From positions 1,725 to 65,724 of the forward strand of contig JANXXH010000079.1 of the NCBI GenBank assembly GCA_025350705.1: a stretch of DNA of 64,000 nt. The letters run 5' to 3'. This DNA is from Gallionella sp. Its GTDB lineage: Bacteria > Pseudomonadota > Gammaproteobacteria > Burkholderiales > Gallionellaceae. The number at the start of each line of letters is the position of its first letter. The stretch's first letter is position 1. The notes under the pieces were generated by a model. That model saw only the letters and a program-made list of their open reading frames with translations. It was not told where the DNA came from and made no database searches. Shown piece after piece: positions 50,978-62,437 of this stretch. Both the position numbers and the translations under genes were made by a program.

Positions 50978-52087
50978 ATGTCCTCTCGTATTATGTCTGC
51001 CATTTCGGCATCCTCATTACCAAATGCGCTGCTGCGCCAGGAAGTTCTTGATCTGCACGCTTACCATGTGCCGGACAGTTCCGGCTACATCAAGCTGGAT
51101 GCGATGGAAAATCCTTATCTTGTGCCGCCCGAACTGCGCGGCGAGATCGCCGAGGCGGTCGCTGCTGCTGCCATCAACCGTTATCCCGATCCCGGTGCTG
51201 CATCGCTCAAGGAGAAGATCCGTGCAGTGACTGGTTTGCCACAGGGGATGGAGGTATTGCTCGGCAATGGTTCGGACGAGTTGATCCAGTTGCTGGCGAT
51301 GGCCGTCAACAAGCCCGGCGCGGTAATGCTCAGCGTGGAGCCTTCGTTCGTGATGTACAAGATGATCGCGACATTTACCGGCATGCGTTATGTGGGCGTG
51401 CCATTAGCACTTGATTATTCCCTGGATATGCCGGCGGCACTCGCGGCTATCAAGCGTGAACGGCCTGCGCTGATTTTTTTGGCTTACCCGAATAATCCCA
51501 CCGGCAATTTATTTTCGGCGGACGCCGTGGTGCAGATCATTGAGGCAGCGCCGGGTTTGGTGGTGGTGGATGAGGCTTATTATGCCTTTGCCAGCGATAG
51601 TTTTATTCCGCATTTGGCGCGTTATCCTAATCTGTTGGTGATGCGTACTTTTTCCAAGCTCGGCATGGCCGGGTTGCGCCTCGGTTTTCTGTCGGGCAGC
51701 GTGGCGTGGTTGGGGCAGTTGGAAAAGCTGCGCTTGCCGTATAATGTCGGCGTATTGCCACAATTGGTAGCCGAAAAGTTATTGGTACATCATGAGGTAT
51801 TGCTGCAGCAAGCGGAGCAAATCAAGCTGGGCCGTGCAAAGTTGTATCAACAACTAAGCGAAATCGCAACAGTAAAGGTTTATCCCAGCGAGGCGAATTT
51901 CCTGCTGTTCCGCGTGGCTAATGCGACGGCGATATTCAATGGCTTGAAGCAGCGCGGTGTGCTGATCAAGAACCTGGACGGCGGGCATCCGATGTTGAAA
52001 GATTGCTTGCGTGTGACGGTCGGCACGCACGCGGAGAACGAAAAATTTATTGCTGCATTACAAGAAACCATTAATCAATCCGCATAA
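50978..52087 (+). CDS. hisC: Histidinol-phosphate aminotransferase
   Basis: GNGSDE, PNNPTG, DEAY, RTFSK..GLRLG. Confidence 0.96.
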   Translation: MSSRIMSAISASSLPNALLRQEVLDLHAYHVPDSSGYIKLDAMENPYLVPPELRGEIAEAVAAAAINRYPDPGAASLKEKIRAVTGLPQGMEVLLGNGSDELIQLLAMAVNKPGAVMLSVEPSFVMYKMIATFTGMRYVGVPLALDYSLDMPAALAAIKRERPALIFLAYPNNPTGNLFSADAVVQIIEAAPGLVVVDEAYYAFASDSFIPHLARYPNLLVMRTFSKLGMAGLRLGFLSGSVAWLGQLEKLRLPYNVGVLPQLVAEKLLVHHEVLLQQAEQIKLGRAKLYQQLSEIATVKVYPSEANFLLFRVANATAIFNGLKQRGVLIKNLDGGHPMLKDCLRVTVGTHAENEKFIAALQETINQSA

Positions 52088-52095
52088 GGCTAATC

Positions 52096-52683
52096 ATGCG
52101 TAGCGCGAAAGTTTCACGCAACACCCTGGAAACCCAGATCAACATCGAGTTGAATCTGGACGGCAGCGGCAAATCCAAATTTGATACTGGTCTGCCGTTT
52201 CTCGATCACATGCTCGACCAGATCGCCCGGCATGGCTTGCTGGACCTGAATATTCTGGCCAAAGGCGATCTGCACATAGACGCACATCACACCGTGGAAG
52301 ACATCGGCATCACGCTGGGTCAGGCGTTCAATCAGGCGGTTGGCGACAAGAAAGGTTTGCGCCGCTACGGTCACGCCTATGTGCCTCTGGATGAGGCAAT
52401 ATCCCGCGTGGTGCTGGACATTTCCGGTCGCCCCGGTCTGGTGTTCAATTGCGAATTCGTGCGTGGCAGCGTTGGTGACTTTGATGTGGATCTGATCAAG
52501 GAATTTTTTCAGGGCTTCGTCAATCACGCCTTGGTGACGCTGCATATCGACAATCTGGCTGGCGACAATGCACACCATCAGGCCGAGACCATTTTCAAGG
52601 CATTTGGCCGCGCATTACGCATGGCGCTGGAGCTTGATCCGCGTATGGTCGGCGTGATGCCTTCCACTAAAGGCACCCTGTAG
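52096..52683 (+). CDS. hisB: Imidazoleglycerol-phosphate dehydratase
   Basis: [15 protein letters not shown]. Confidence 0.97.
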   Translation: MRSAKVSRNTLETQINIELNLDGSGKSKFDTGLPFLDHMLDQIARHGLLDLNILAKGDLHIDAHHTVEDIGITLGQAFNQAVGDKKGLRRYGHAYVPLDEAISRVVLDISGRPGLVFNCEFVRGSVGDFDVDLIKEFFQGFVNHALVTLHIDNLAGDNAHHQAETIFKAFGRALRMALELDPRMVGVMPSTKGTL

Positions 52684-52690
52684 AATTACA

Positions 52691-53323
52691 ATGACAGATG
52701 TTGCGGTAGTCGATTACGGTATGGGCAACTTGCGGTCGGTCGAACAAGCCTTGCGCAAAGTTGCGCCTGCTGCCGAAATCGTTGTCACAGATGATGCCGA
52801 CGTGATTGTAAATGCCAAGCGCGTGGTGTTCCCCGGGCAGGGCGCGATGCCTGACTGCATGCGCGAGCTGGATGCGCGCGGATTGCGCGATGCAGTGTTG
52901 CTGGCCGCACGCAGCAGACCTTTTCTCGGCATCTGCATCGGCTTGCAAATGTTGTTCGAGCGCAGTGCCGAGGGGGATACTGCCGGGCTGGGGATTTTGC
53001 AGGGCAAGGTGGTGCGTTTTGCCAGTAACATGCGCGATGCTCAAGGCAATAAACTCAAGGTGCCGCACATGGGTTGGAATCAGGTGCATCATGTGCAGCA
53101 TCCGTTGTGGGTTGGCATAGATCAGGATACGCGTTTTTATTTTGTGCATAGCTACTATGTGCAGCCGCAGGATGCATCGTTGGTGCAGGCGACCTGTAAA
53201 TACCCGCAATCTTTCGTGTGTGCGGTGGCAAAGGGCAATTTGTTTGCCGTGCAATTTCACCCGGAAAAAAGCCACACAGCAGGGCTGAAACTGCTGCAAA
53301 ACTTTATGCAATGGAACCCTTAA
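52691..53323 (+). CDS. hisH: IGP synthase glutaminase subunit
   Basis: DYGMGNL, GICIG, QFHPEKS. Confidence 0.97.
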   Translation: MTDVAVVDYGMGNLRSVEQALRKVAPAAEIVVTDDADVIVNAKRVVFPGQGAMPDCMRELDARGLRDAVLLAARSRPFLGICIGLQMLFERSAEGDTAGLGILQGKVVRFASNMRDAQGNKLKVPHMGWNQVHHVQHPLWVGIDQDTRFYFVHSYYVQPQDASLVQATCKYPQSFVCAVAKGNLFAVQFHPEKSHTAGLKLLQNFMQWNP

Positions 53324-53339
53324 TTTTTAACGTACTGCC

Positions 53340-54110
53340 ATGCTGATTATTCCTGCGATTGATTTGAAAGATGGTCATTGTGTGCGCCTTAAACAAGGCG
53401 TGATGGAAGATGCCACAGTGTTTTCCGAAAACCCCGCCGCGATGGCGCAGCATTGGCTGGCGCAAGGCGCGCGACGCTTGCATCTGGTGGATCTGAACGG
53501 GGCTTTTGCCGGCAAGCCGAAAAACGAAGCCGCCGTGCGCAGCATCATAGCCGCAGTGGGTCTGGATGTGCCGGTGCAACTGGGCGGCGGAATCCGCGAT
53601 CTGGAAACCATCGAGCGCTATCTCGACATCGGCGTGACCTACATCATCATCGGCACCGCCGCAGTAAAAGTGCCGGGTTTCCTGCATGAGGCCTGCGACG
53701 CTTTCCCCGGACACATCATGGTGGGGCTGGATGCCAAGGGCGGCAAAGTGGCGGTGGATGGATGGTCCAAGTTGACCGGACACGATGTCGCCGATCTGGC
53801 GCAGCGATTTGAGGGATACGGCGTGGAAGCCGTTATTTATACCGACATCGGGCGCGACGGCATGTTGTCCGGCGTGAACATCCCGGCTACCGTCGAGCTG
53901 GCAAGGCCGTTGCACGTGCCGGTGATCGCCAGCGGCGGCATCACCAATCTGGACGATGTGCGCGTGCTGTGTGCCGTGCAGGCAGAAGGCATCACCGGAG
54001 CGATCACCGGCCGCGCGATCTATGAAGGCACGCTGGATTTCAAGGCGGCGCAAGCGCTGGCGGATGAGCTGACCCCGGCAGCCAGCATACAGAATGGGGC
54101 AGTACTCTAA
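53340..54110 (+). CDS. hisA: ProFAR isomerase
   Basis: IPAIDL, HLVDL, GGGIR, TDIGRDG. Confidence 0.97.
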   Translation: MLIIPAIDLKDGHCVRLKQGVMEDATVFSENPAAMAQHWLAQGARRLHLVDLNGAFAGKPKNEAAVRSIIAAVGLDVPVQLGGGIRDLETIERYLDIGVTYIIIGTAAVKVPGFLHEACDAFPGHIMVGLDAKGGKVAVDGWSKLTGHDVADLAQRFEGYGVEAVIYTDIGRDGMLSGVNIPATVELARPLHVPVIASGGITNLDDVRVLCAVQAEGITGAITGRAIYEGTLDFKAAQALADELTPAASIQNGAVL

Positions 54111-54112
54111 CC

Positions 54113-54871
54113 ATGCTCGCCAAGCGCATCATTCCTTGCCTGGATGTAACGGCTGGCAGAGTCGTCAAGGGCGTGAGCTTCGTCGAATTGCGCGATGCCG
54201 GTGACCCGGTGGAAATTGCACGCCGTTACGACGAACAGGGCGCGGATGAACTGACCTTTCTCGACATCACTGCCAGCTCGGATGACAGGGGAATCATTTT
54301 TCGCATCATCGAGCAGGTTGCTTCGCAGGTATTTATTCCCTTGACTGTCGGCGGTGGGGTGCGCGAGGTGCAGGATGTGCGCAATCTGTTGAATGCGGGT
54401 GCGGATAAAGTCAGTATCAATACTGCTGCGGTACTCAACCCGCAACTGGTCGCCGATGCGTCTGGACGTTATGGTTCGCAATGCATCGTGGTGGCGATCG
54501 ATGCCAAGCAAACACAGCCGGGGCATTGGGAAGTATTCACCCATGGCGGACGCAATGCCACGGGTCTGGATGCGGTGGCTTGGGCAAGAAAAATGCAAGA
54601 CATGGGCGCGGGAGAAATCCTGCTGACCAGCATGGACAGAGACGGGCAAAAGATCGGATTTGATCTGGCATTGACCCGATCCATTACCGATGCGCTGGAT
54701 ATCCCGGTGATTGCCAGCGGCGGCGTGGGTAATTTGCAACATCTGGTCGACGGGGTAAAAAAGGGCGGGGCGGATGCGGTGCTGGCGGCGAGCATTTTCC
54801 ACTTTGGCGAATACACCGTGCAGCAGGCCAAACAGTTTATGGCGAAGCAGGGCATTGAGGTGCGGTTATGA
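54113..54871 (+). CDS. hisF: IGP synthase cyclase subunit
   Basis: [21 protein letters not shown]. Confidence 0.97.
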   Translation: MLAKRIIPCLDVTAGRVVKGVSFVELRDAGDPVEIARRYDEQGADELTFLDITASSDDRGIIFRIIEQVASQVFIPLTVGGGVREVQDVRNLLNAGADKVSINTAAVLNPQLVADASGRYGSQCIVVAIDAKQTQPGHWEVFTHGGRNATGLDAVAWARKMQDMGAGEILLTSMDRDGQKIGFDLALTRSITDALDIPVIASGGVGNLQHLVDGVKKGGADAVLAASIFHFGEYTVQQAKQFMAKQGIEVRL

Positions 54872-55140
54872 CACGGTGCGCGAAAGCGACGGGTGCGGGA
54901 ATAACCGCATCGCACCTCCTGATGGAACTACTAGCCATTCCACTAGGCCAGCAAGCTGGCAAGTGGCTGGTTATCCCGCAAACGGCTGGCTGCGCCATAA
55001 CCAGCGACTTGGCGAGCGTCGTTTGCTCACCTAGTCGAATGGCTAGTAGTTTCATCAGTAACGTACCCGCAAGGGGTAGGCCGATGGGTTCCCCGCTGCT
55101 GAGCAGCGACCCATTCGCTCTGTCGGAGGTGCGTTTATGA
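54868..55140. repeat. Composite repeat insertion with 15-bp junction duplication, read as a 90-codon bridging ORF
   Basis: Module A at 54919-54974 and inverted at 54997-55058; module C at 55065-55120; GAGGTGCGGTTATGA versus GAGGTGCGTTTATGA. Confidence 0.85.
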
Positions 55141-55526
55141 GCGAGACTTGGTTGAACAAAGTCAACTGGTCAGATGACGGGTTGGTAGCGGCCGTTGCGC
55201 AAGATGCCATCTCCGGGCGTGTGCTGATGGTGGGGTGGATGGATCGCGATGCGCTGAAACTCACACAACAAAAAGGCGAAGCGGTATATTGGTCCCGTTC
55301 GCGCAAGAAACTATGGCACAAGGGCGAAGAGTCCGGGCATATTCAAAAGGTAAAAGAGATTCGTCTTGACTGCGATGGCGATGTGATCCTGTTGCAGGTT
55401 GAACAACAAGGCGGCATCGCCTGTCATACCGGACGCGAGAGCTGCTTCTACAACCGTCTGGAACTGGGCAAGTGGGTGGAGGTGGATGCGGTGTTGAAAT
55501 CTCCTGAAGAGATATACAAGAAATGA
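55137..55526 (+). CDS. hisI: Phosphoribosyl-AMP cyclohydrolase
   Basis: [26 protein letters not shown]. Confidence 0.97.
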   Translation: MSETWLNKVNWSDDGLVAAVAQDAISGRVLMVGWMDRDALKLTQQKGEAVYWSRSRKKLWHKGEESGHIQKVKEIRLDCDGDVILLQVEQQGGIACHTGRESCFYNRLELGKWVEVDAVLKSPEEIYKK

Positions 55527-55876
55527 AGCCGGATAATATGAACCCAGATAATATGAATCAGGACATCTTGCAAAGATTGACCGAAACGCTTAAGGCGCGC
55601 AAACAGGCGTTGCCGGAAAGTTCCTATGTCGCCAAGCTATTCAGCAAGGGCGAAGACGCCATCCTGAAAAAAATCGGCGAGGAGGCGACCGAGGTCATAC
55701 TCGCGAGCAAGGCGGGAGATAAAACTCATCTGGTATATGAAACCGCCGATTTGTGGTTTCATTGCATGGTGTTGCTGGCGCATCATGGTTTATGCGCGGA
55801 TGATGTGCTCAACGAATTGGCAAGACGCGAGGGTTTGTCTGGAATCGCCGAGAAAGAAAGCAGGAAGAAGGACTGA
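55523..55876 (+). CDS. hisE: Phosphoribosyl-ATP diphosphatase
   Basis: [23 protein letters not shown]. Confidence 0.96.
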   Translation: MKPDNMNPDNMNQDILQRLTETLKARKQALPESSYVAKLFSKGEDAILKKIGEEATEVILASKAGDKTHLVYETADLWFHCMVLLAHHGLCADDVLNELARREGLSGIAEKESRKKD

Positions 55877-55878
55877 GC

Positions 55879-56226
55879 ATGAGCGACTGTTTATTTTGCA
55901 AAATCGCTCGCGGTGAAATTCCTTGCCGCAAGGTGTACGAGGATGACGAGGTGCTGGCGTTCCACGACATCAACCCGGTCGCGCCGGTGCATTTCATGTT
56001 GGTGCCGAAACTGCATCTGGCTACGCTGGCCGATGCCGGAGATGTGCATGCGGAGTTGCTCGGCAAGATGTTGTTGCTGGCGCCCAGGCTGGCGAAAGAG
56101 CAGGGATTGGATAATGGCTTCCGCACCGTGATCAACACAGGCAAAGGCGGCGGCCAGGAAATTTTTCATTTGCACATCCACGTCATCGGCGGTGGCAACA
56201 TCCCTCCGATGGTGAGGCGCAGTTGA
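55879..56226 (+). CDS. Histidine triad nucleotide-binding protein
   Basis: CLFCKI, HLHIH. Confidence 0.95.
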   Translation: MSDCLFCKIARGEIPCRKVYEDDEVLAFHDINPVAPVHFMLVPKLHLATLADAGDVHAELLGKMLLLAPRLAKEQGLDNGFRTVINTGKGGGQEIFHLHIHVIGGGNIPPMVRRS

Positions 56227-56266
56227 TTTACCAAAGCGCGGTGCAACTAATTTAAAGGAGAACGAG

Positions 56267-56485
56267 ATGGGCGGATTGAGTATTTGGCATTGGCTGATCG
56301 TATTGTTGGTAGTCGTATTGATATTCGGCACCAAGAAACTGCGCAACATGGGCAGTGATTTGGGTGGTGCGGTAAAGGGCTTCAAGGAAGGCATGAAGAG
56401 CGAAGACGAATCCGCCAAGCAGATCAAAGAAGGCGGGCAGACCATCGAAGGCGAAGTGAAAGACAAAAAAACGACTAATGTTTAA
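56267..56485 (+). CDS. tatA: Twin-arginine translocase TatA
   Basis: [17 protein letters not shown]. Confidence 0.96.
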   Translation: MGGLSIWHWLIVLLVVVLIFGTKKLRNMGSDLGGAVKGFKEGMKSEDESAKQIKEGGQTIEGEVKDKKTTNV

Positions 56486-56509
56486 GTCCATTCTTTACGG
56501 ACAGCAAAG

Positions 56510-56902
56510 ATGTTTGACTTCAGCTTTTCGGAATTGATGGTGGTGATGGTCGTGGCGCTCATCGTCATCGGGCCGGAACGCCTGCCGAAAGTGGCGCGCA
56601 CCATGGGCCACCTGTGGGGACGCGCGCAGCGCTATGTGAATGGCGTGAAAGCCGACATCGAGCGCGACATGGCGATAGAAGAGTACCGCCAGTTGCAGCA
56701 AAAAGTGCAAGCCGAAGCCGGCGCGCTGGAGCAGTCGGTCAAACAAGTGACACAAACTGCGGATCAACGGGTGCAGCAGATCAACGAGGCTGTTGCCAAG
56801 CTTTCATCATCCGATCAGGCAACACCCAACCAGGCAACGCATCTGCCGACGCAATCTGCCGAGGATCCATCCGCGCCACCACCCGACAATAAATCCGCAT
56901 GA
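56510..56902 (+). CDS. tatB: Twin-arginine translocase TatB
   Basis: MFDFSFSEL..GPERLP. Confidence 0.96.
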   Translation: MFDFSFSELMVVMVVALIVIGPERLPKVARTMGHLWGRAQRYVNGVKADIERDMAIEEYRQLQQKVQAEAGALEQSVKQVTQTADQRVQQINEAVAKLSSSDQATPNQATHLPTQSAEDPSAPPPDNKSA

Positions 56903-57633
56903 GTACCAGCGAAAGTTTCATCGCTCACCTGATTGAGCTTCGCAAGCGGCTGTTGAATTCATTCATCGCCATAGTGCTGGTATTTTTTGGTCTGGTTTAC
57001 TGGACGGCGGACTTGTATGCCTTGTTGGCGCAACCGCTGCTTTCAAGATTGCCGCAAGGCGGGCAGATGATCGCCACCGACGTCACCACGCCGTTCCTGG
57101 TGCCGCTCAAGGTGACGATGATGGCCGCGTTCTTGATTGCGCTGCCTTACATCCTGTATCAGATATGGCGTTTCGTCGCCCCCGGTCTCTATGCGCACGA
57201 GAAGCGCCTGGTGGTGCCGCTGATCGTGGCCAGCATGCTGCTGTTTCTTTGCGGTATGGCATTCGCCTACTTTCTGGTATTCCCTGCGGTATTCCGTTTC
57301 ATCGTCGCATCCGCTCCTCAAGGCGTGGCGGTGATGACCGACATCGACAAATACTTGAGTTTCGTGTTGGGCTCGTTCATGGCTTTCGGCATTACCTTTC
57401 AGGTGCCGGTGGCGGTGGTAGTGCTGGTCAGGATGGGAGTCGTGACGATAGAGAAGCTGCGCGAAATTCGCCGTTACGTCATTGTCGGTGCATTCATTGT
57501 CGGTGCGATCTTCACCCCGCCAGATGTCGTGTCGCAGCTCATGCTGGCGATCCCGTTGTGCTTGCTTTACGAAGCCGGCATCGTGGTTGGGAATTGGGCG
57601 AAACCGACTGAAAAAACCGCTGAAGCAGGTTAG
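56899..57633 (+). CDS. tatC: Twin-arginine translocase TatC
   Basis: HLIELRKRL, FVAPGLY..EK, TPPD. Confidence 0.97.
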   Translation: MSTSESFIAHLIELRKRLLNSFIAIVLVFFGLVYWTADLYALLAQPLLSRLPQGGQMIATDVTTPFLVPLKVTMMAAFLIALPYILYQIWRFVAPGLYAHEKRLVVPLIVASMLLFLCGMAFAYFLVFPAVFRFIVASAPQGVAVMTDIDKYLSFVLGSFMAFGITFQVPVAVVVLVRMGVVTIEKLREIRRYVIVGAFIVGAIFTPPDVVSQLMLAIPLCLLYEAGIVVGNWAKPTEKTAEAG

Positions 57634-57702
57634 ATGTGCATTGTGATACATCCTTGCGCCGGTGTTGACCAAACTTTGTACCCGCGCAAATTTAAAACAA
57701 CG

Positions 57703-57728
57703 AGGGCAGATGAAAACACATCTGCCCT
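57703..57728. terminator. Hairpin between convergent genes
   Basis: AGGGCAGATG-AAAACA-CATCTGCCCT. Confidence 0.55.
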
Positions 57729-57773
57729 TCCAACTTGCCACTTTAAATTTTCTTGCAACTGACGACTTTAGAA

Positions 57774-58880
57774 TCAGTCGTCCTTATCCCCGCCCATGCG
57801 CTTCGTCACGTATTTGAGATCGAAGTCGAGCACCCGTGCGGCGAGGCGGTCGATCAGAACGGATTTTCTGTCGTCGTTTTTCTCGTGGGTTTTGTCGCTC
57901 TCGTGTTCTTCATCGCGGCCCAGGTCTGTGTGTTCTTTGTTGATGAGTGCGAGCATCGTCTGTATCTGTTTCTTGCCGACCTGAGGCTGGTTTAAACGGT
58001 ATGCGCTGATCGCGGATTGGAAGTAGCTGTCGAGCTGTGAGGAGAAGGTCGCATCGAGCAGCTTCATCCCGATCCAGGTGTGCATGTGGGTCTGGATGCG
58101 TTCGAGCAACACAGCGGGGTCGAAGGGTGTGGGGACGGCAATGGTGGGGACGGCGGCCGAGTGGGGGACAAAATTATTTTTCACAAGCTGCAAGGCCTGC
58201 TTGCCTATGTCGCTTCCGGGGTCAACACCCTCACCAGAAAATTGGAGTCCATAGACTTTCACATTTCCCTGCAATTGGGCTATCCCAATTCCCGGCAAAT
58301 CCTGACTGGAAAAACCGAAACCGCTTTGACTTGCGCCTGGTTTAACACCCTGCGTTATATCAAAATTAGTCCGTAAATATGACCAACTAATCCGCAGTCC
58401 ACTAAAGTTTGGTACTGCGGCTCCGTCCCAACCTGATGGCGTGTCGAGTGCCTGTACGCCAGCAATCAAATCCGCCAGTATGCTTTGTTTATCAGGTGGT
58501 GTACCGCTTATGGGTTTTAGCAATGGGCGGCTTGCATTTATATTGCCAGTCAGATCAAACACAAATCTTACCAGCATTTGCTTGCTCTTCATGCCATTGC
58601 TAAGTTTATAGCGATAGACCATTTGCTTGTTCTCGTCCATCTTAATCGATGAACTAATCACCGGATCAATTTTGGTGGCGGGTTCAAATGTGGCTTTGGA
58701 AAGACCGGATAAGTCATGCCCAGTATCATCCGACACCTCTTCCCAATAAGTAATGTTGTAATTTCCGCTGGCTGAATCAAACACAATGCCTTCTCCGGGA
58801 ACGGCTGCTGCCAGACTGGGCATAACAAGAAAGGCCAGTACAACTGTCAATAACGTAGTGTATAAAATTGCAGTTTTCAT
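57774..58880 (-). CDS. Exported hypothetical protein
   Basis: Signal peptide MKTAILY..SLAAA; ATGA overlap with the upstream gene. Confidence 0.75.
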   Translation of the reverse strand: MKTAILYTTLLTVVLAFLVMPSLAAAVPGEGIVFDSASGNYNITYWEEVSDDTGHDLSGLSKATFEPATKIDPVISSSIKMDENKQMVYRYKLSNGMKSKQMLVRFVFDLTGNINASRPLLKPISGTPPDKQSILADLIAGVQALDTPSGWDGAAVPNFSGLRISWSYLRTNFDITQGVKPGASQSGFGFSSQDLPGIGIAQLQGNVKVYGLQFSGEGVDPGSDIGKQALQLVKNNFVPHSAAVPTIAVPTPFDPAVLLERIQTHMHTWIGMKLLDATFSSQLDSYFQSAISAYRLNQPQVGKKQIQTMLALINKEHTDLGRDEEHESDKTHEKNDDRKSVLIDRLAARVLDFDLKYVTKRMGGDKDD

Positions 58881-60172
58881 TCTGCTACTCCCATTAAACG
58901 AATATGATAATGACGATTCGAGTCTTGCGAACCATCTAGCCCTATGCAATCCGGTGCCTTGCGCCCTTGATGATCTATCTTATCGCTGGTGCAGTGAATA
59001 TCGGCATTAATTTGCGCGTCAAGTGCAATTTTTTCAAAGCGATCAAAATTATTGAAGGGTACTGCGCCAGTAGCTTCATTAGCGCGTATGTCAATTACCG
59101 TGCCGCGTTTATGTTCATGATGGCCTGGTTTCCAGTTGCCGGTAAAGTCAAACAACCCGCCCCACTCAAGACTGGCATCGTTCAAATGCAGCACAGGTTG
59201 ATTCGGATAAAGAAAATGATAGTTGATCGCCAGGACGACCAGTTGACTCTTTGCATCATCGGTCAGGTAATGGTTGTCGTGATGTTTTTTGCCCTCTTCT
59301 CCTCCGATCAAAACGTAAAGCGATGGGTCACCAGGTATCGTCGACAACCCATCCACCATGACCTTAATCTCAGCCGTTATCGGGTTGTTGGTACAGGTAG
59401 GGTTGTCGCATTGGGCGGTGAAAGAATGTTTACCTGAAACTTCCGGTGCGCCGAAGGTAAAGCTGACCGTGCCGTCCGCCAATGTGGTTCCGGTAGCCGG
59501 AATCAGTGTGCCCTTGCCTCTTGGCGCCTCGCTCTCGCCGTGGACATGTCCGCCCGAAGTGACATCCACATCGACCTTGATGCCCACCGTCACGCCTTCT
59601 TTGGGTTGACCGGTCAGGGTATCGATGACTTTGGCGATGATCTTGGCCGACTTGGACGGCTCCACTTGTCCAGGTGAAATTTGCAGCGAGAGGGAATATT
59701 GATCCAGCACACAGCTAGTTTTAGTGGGGTCGGGCACATAGGGATCATCGCAAGTGCAGGGATTTCCAATTGGTTGGGCATGCGCCGGGCAACTGGTCGA
59801 GTAAGTAATATGGTAACTTGCAAAGCAAATATTTTTCGGGCAATACCCCTGACTGTCCTTGGGGAAAGTGGCATAGACATCGCATGCCGCACATTCGCCG
59901 CCCATATTAATCCAGTCGGATTCCGCGCCCACATCGGCCTTAACGCAGGCAAGGAACGCCTCATAATTTCAGTTGTCAGTCATTCCGTCTGACAGGCGAA
60001 TCTTGATGCAATTGCTCGCGCTTGCGAATGTGCCGCCTCGCACCGTGCCCGAAGCCTGAGCCGGATTGACCAGCGTCATCGACGCGATCGCGATGACCGA
60101 AAGATACAGGGCGAGGCAGAGCGAAGCAGACCGGAGAAATCTTGTTGCATCAAACGTTGGCGCAGCCATCAT
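58877..60172 (-). pseudogene. Secreted Cys-rich + Ig-like + MepA/LAS-type peptidase gene interrupted by one in-frame TGA (59969-59971)
   Basis: ORFs 59969-60172 and 58877-59932 share a frame with no other stop; signal peptide ending PAQA; NDASL..GG..GHHEHKRGTVIDI..HYH. Confidence 0.7.
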
Positions 60173-60431
60173 TTTCCCCCTTGATTATCCAAAACGCGAC
60201 CTGTCGTTCAGCACAAGACAGCATCGGTGTTATGTCAGCGTGAGTGGCGAAAATAGAGCTTGCCTGATCACCACTGCCCGGTAGCTGAACTATACCAAAA
60301 GCAATGTAACTGAATAACTAGCGATGGGTGATGAATATCGGAACAGCGGAACCTTTCAGTTGCTGGCAGATCAGCACATTAGTGTGAAAAGAAAGCTGGG
60401 CTATGTAAAGCACCAATGCCACCCTACAAAG

Positions 60432-61589
60432 CTACTGCGCTACCGGCTTCGGGCGCTTGCCGATCTTCACTTGCAAACTTATTTCATCCCCGTTGCGCAT
60501 CAGCTTGATTGGGACAACCTTGCCGGGCGGGAGGTTAGAAACGGTCTCCAGCATGGCACTCCAATTGTCGATGGCGGTGTTGTCTATCGAAATCAGAATA
60601 TCCCCGGTTCTTATGCCAGCCTGATCTGCCGGGCTGCGGCGCACCAGTTCGGTAACCAGCACGCCTTTGCTGTTACCGAGCTTGAATGATTCAGCCAGTT
60701 CCGGGGTGAGTTCCTGCACGCCTGCACCTATCCAGCCGCGCGTCACCGAGCCGTGCAGGATGATCTGTTCCATGGTTTTTTTCGCGGTGGCGGCGGAAAT
60801 GGCGAAGCCGATACCTAGCGAGCCGCCGTTCGGCGAGTAGATCGCGCTGTTGATGCCGATCAGGTTGCCGTTGCTGTCCACCAGCGCGCCGCCGGAATTA
60901 CCGGGATTGATCGCGGCATCGGTCTGGATGAAGTTTTCAAAAGTGTTGATACCCAGATGGTCGCGCTTGAGCGCGCTTACGATGCCCATCGTGACCGTTT
61001 CACCCACGCCGAACGGATTGCCGATCGCGAGCACCATATCGCCCACACGCGCTTTTTCAGGATGACCGAAAGTGATGGCGGGCAGGTTGTTGCCGGGCAG
61101 CTCGATTTTGATCACCGCCAGATCGGTTTCCGGATCGGAGCCGATGACGTGCGCCTTGGCCTTGCGGCCGTCGGACAGCGCGACTTCGATTTGATCGGCG
61201 GCTTCCACCACGTGCTGGTTGGTGAGGATGTAACCATCGGGACTGACGATCACGCCGGAGCCCAGGCTGGAACTGGTCTGAGGCTCATTATCGAACTGGT
61301 CGCCAAAGAAAAATTTGAAGCGCGGGTCATCCATGAAGGGATTGACCGGGTTCTTGATGGTGGTGCTGGTGAAAATATTCACCACGGCAGGCATGGCTTT
61401 TTGTGCTGCGGCACTCAAGCCCATCGCAGGAGACTTGTCGTCGCTGGCCAGCGGGGAGTTTTCATACAGGGTGACCACACCGGTGCGCGCAGCATTCGGC
61501 AGCAACTCAGGCTTGAGAGTATGGATAATAAACAGCAGCGCCAGCGCGATGGTGACGGTTTGGGAGAATAGAAGCCAGTGTTTACGCAT
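60432..61589 (-). CDS. HtrA/DegS-DegQ family serine protease with one PDZ domain
   Basis: TNQHV, DLAV, GNSGG. Confidence 0.95.
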   Translation of the reverse strand: MRKHWLLFSQTVTIALALLFIIHTLKPELLPNAARTGVVTLYENSPLASDDKSPAMGLSAAAQKAMPAVVNIFTSTTIKNPVNPFMDDPRFKFFFGDQFDNEPQTSSSLGSGVIVSPDGYILTNQHVVEAADQIEVALSDGRKAKAHVIGSDPETDLAVIKIELPGNNLPAITFGHPEKARVGDMVLAIGNPFGVGETVTMGIVSALKRDHLGINTFENFIQTDAAINPGNSGGALVDSNGNLIGINSAIYSPNGGSLGIGFAISAATAKKTMEQIILHGSVTRGWIGAGVQELTPELAESFKLGNSKGVLVTELVRRSPADQAGIRTGDILISIDNTAIDNWSAMLETVSNLPPGKVVPIKLMRNGDEISLQVKIGKRPKPVAQ

Positions 61590-61629
61590 GGTAAGATGAA
61601 TTCAATGGTTTTATATTGTTTAAGGAAAC

Positions 61630-62379
61630 ATGATGCTGCTTAACGAATTACGCGATTATAACGCAAGCCTGTTGCAAACCGCTCTGTTCAAAGATTACTG
61701 CCCGAATGGCGTGCAAGTGGAAGGCCGTGCGGAAGTGCGGCGTATCGCAACCGGGGTGACGGCTTCGCAGCAGGTGCTGGACGCGGCGATCGCGTGGGGT
61801 GCGGACGCGATCCTGGTGCATCACGGTTATTTCTGGCGCAATGAAGAAGCAACGCTGGTCGGCATCAAGAAAAAACGCATCGCGCAATTATTGCGCAACG
61901 ATGTGAGCCTGCTGGCCTATCACCTGCCGCTCGATGCGCACGCCGAACTGGGCAACAACGCGCAACTCGGCAAGTTGCTCGGTCTGGTCGCGCAGGGCAG
62001 ATTCGGTGAACAAAACATTGCCTGGTTTGGTACGCTGGAAAGGCCTCGGCCACTTATGCAATTTGCGCAGCAGATTGCCCATGATTTGCAGCGCACCCCG
62101 CAAGTCATCGGCGATGGCGCCAAAAGTATCAGCAAAGTGGCGTGGTGCAGCGGCGGTGCGCAAAATTATTTCGAGGCGGCGATTGCGCAAAGCGTGGATG
62201 CCTACATCACCGGAGAGATATCCGAACAGAATTTTCATCTGGCCAACGAAACCGGCGTGGCCTTCATTGCCGGTGGACATCATGCGACGGAGCGTTTGGG
62301 CATCCAGGCGTTAGGCGAGCATTTGGCAAAACAGTTTGGTTTGGAGCATCGTTTCTTCGATCAGGCCAATCCGATCTGA
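61630..62379 (+). CDS. Nif3-like dinuclear metal protein (YbgI)
   Basis: DYCPNG, VHHG, YHLPLDAH, GHHATE. Confidence 0.95.
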   Translation: MMLLNELRDYNASLLQTALFKDYCPNGVQVEGRAEVRRIATGVTASQQVLDAAIAWGADAILVHHGYFWRNEEATLVGIKKKRIAQLLRNDVSLLAYHLPLDAHAELGNNAQLGKLLGLVAQGRFGEQNIAWFGTLERPRPLMQFAQQIAHDLQRTPQVIGDGAKSISKVAWCSGGAQNYFEAAIAQSVDAYITGEISEQNFHLANETGVAFIAGGHHATERLGIQALGEHLAKQFGLEHRFFDQANPI

Positions 62380-62437
62380 TTCGACAGGCCAGTTTAATTT
62401 CCCCCGGTTTAACGTTTCCGCTAATGTACAATTTCGC

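Noticed and set aside
59930-59971. Selenocysteine recoding of the in-frame TGA
   Set aside because: Only a weak 5-bp stem follows, without a convincing bacterial SECIS loop; no redox motif context
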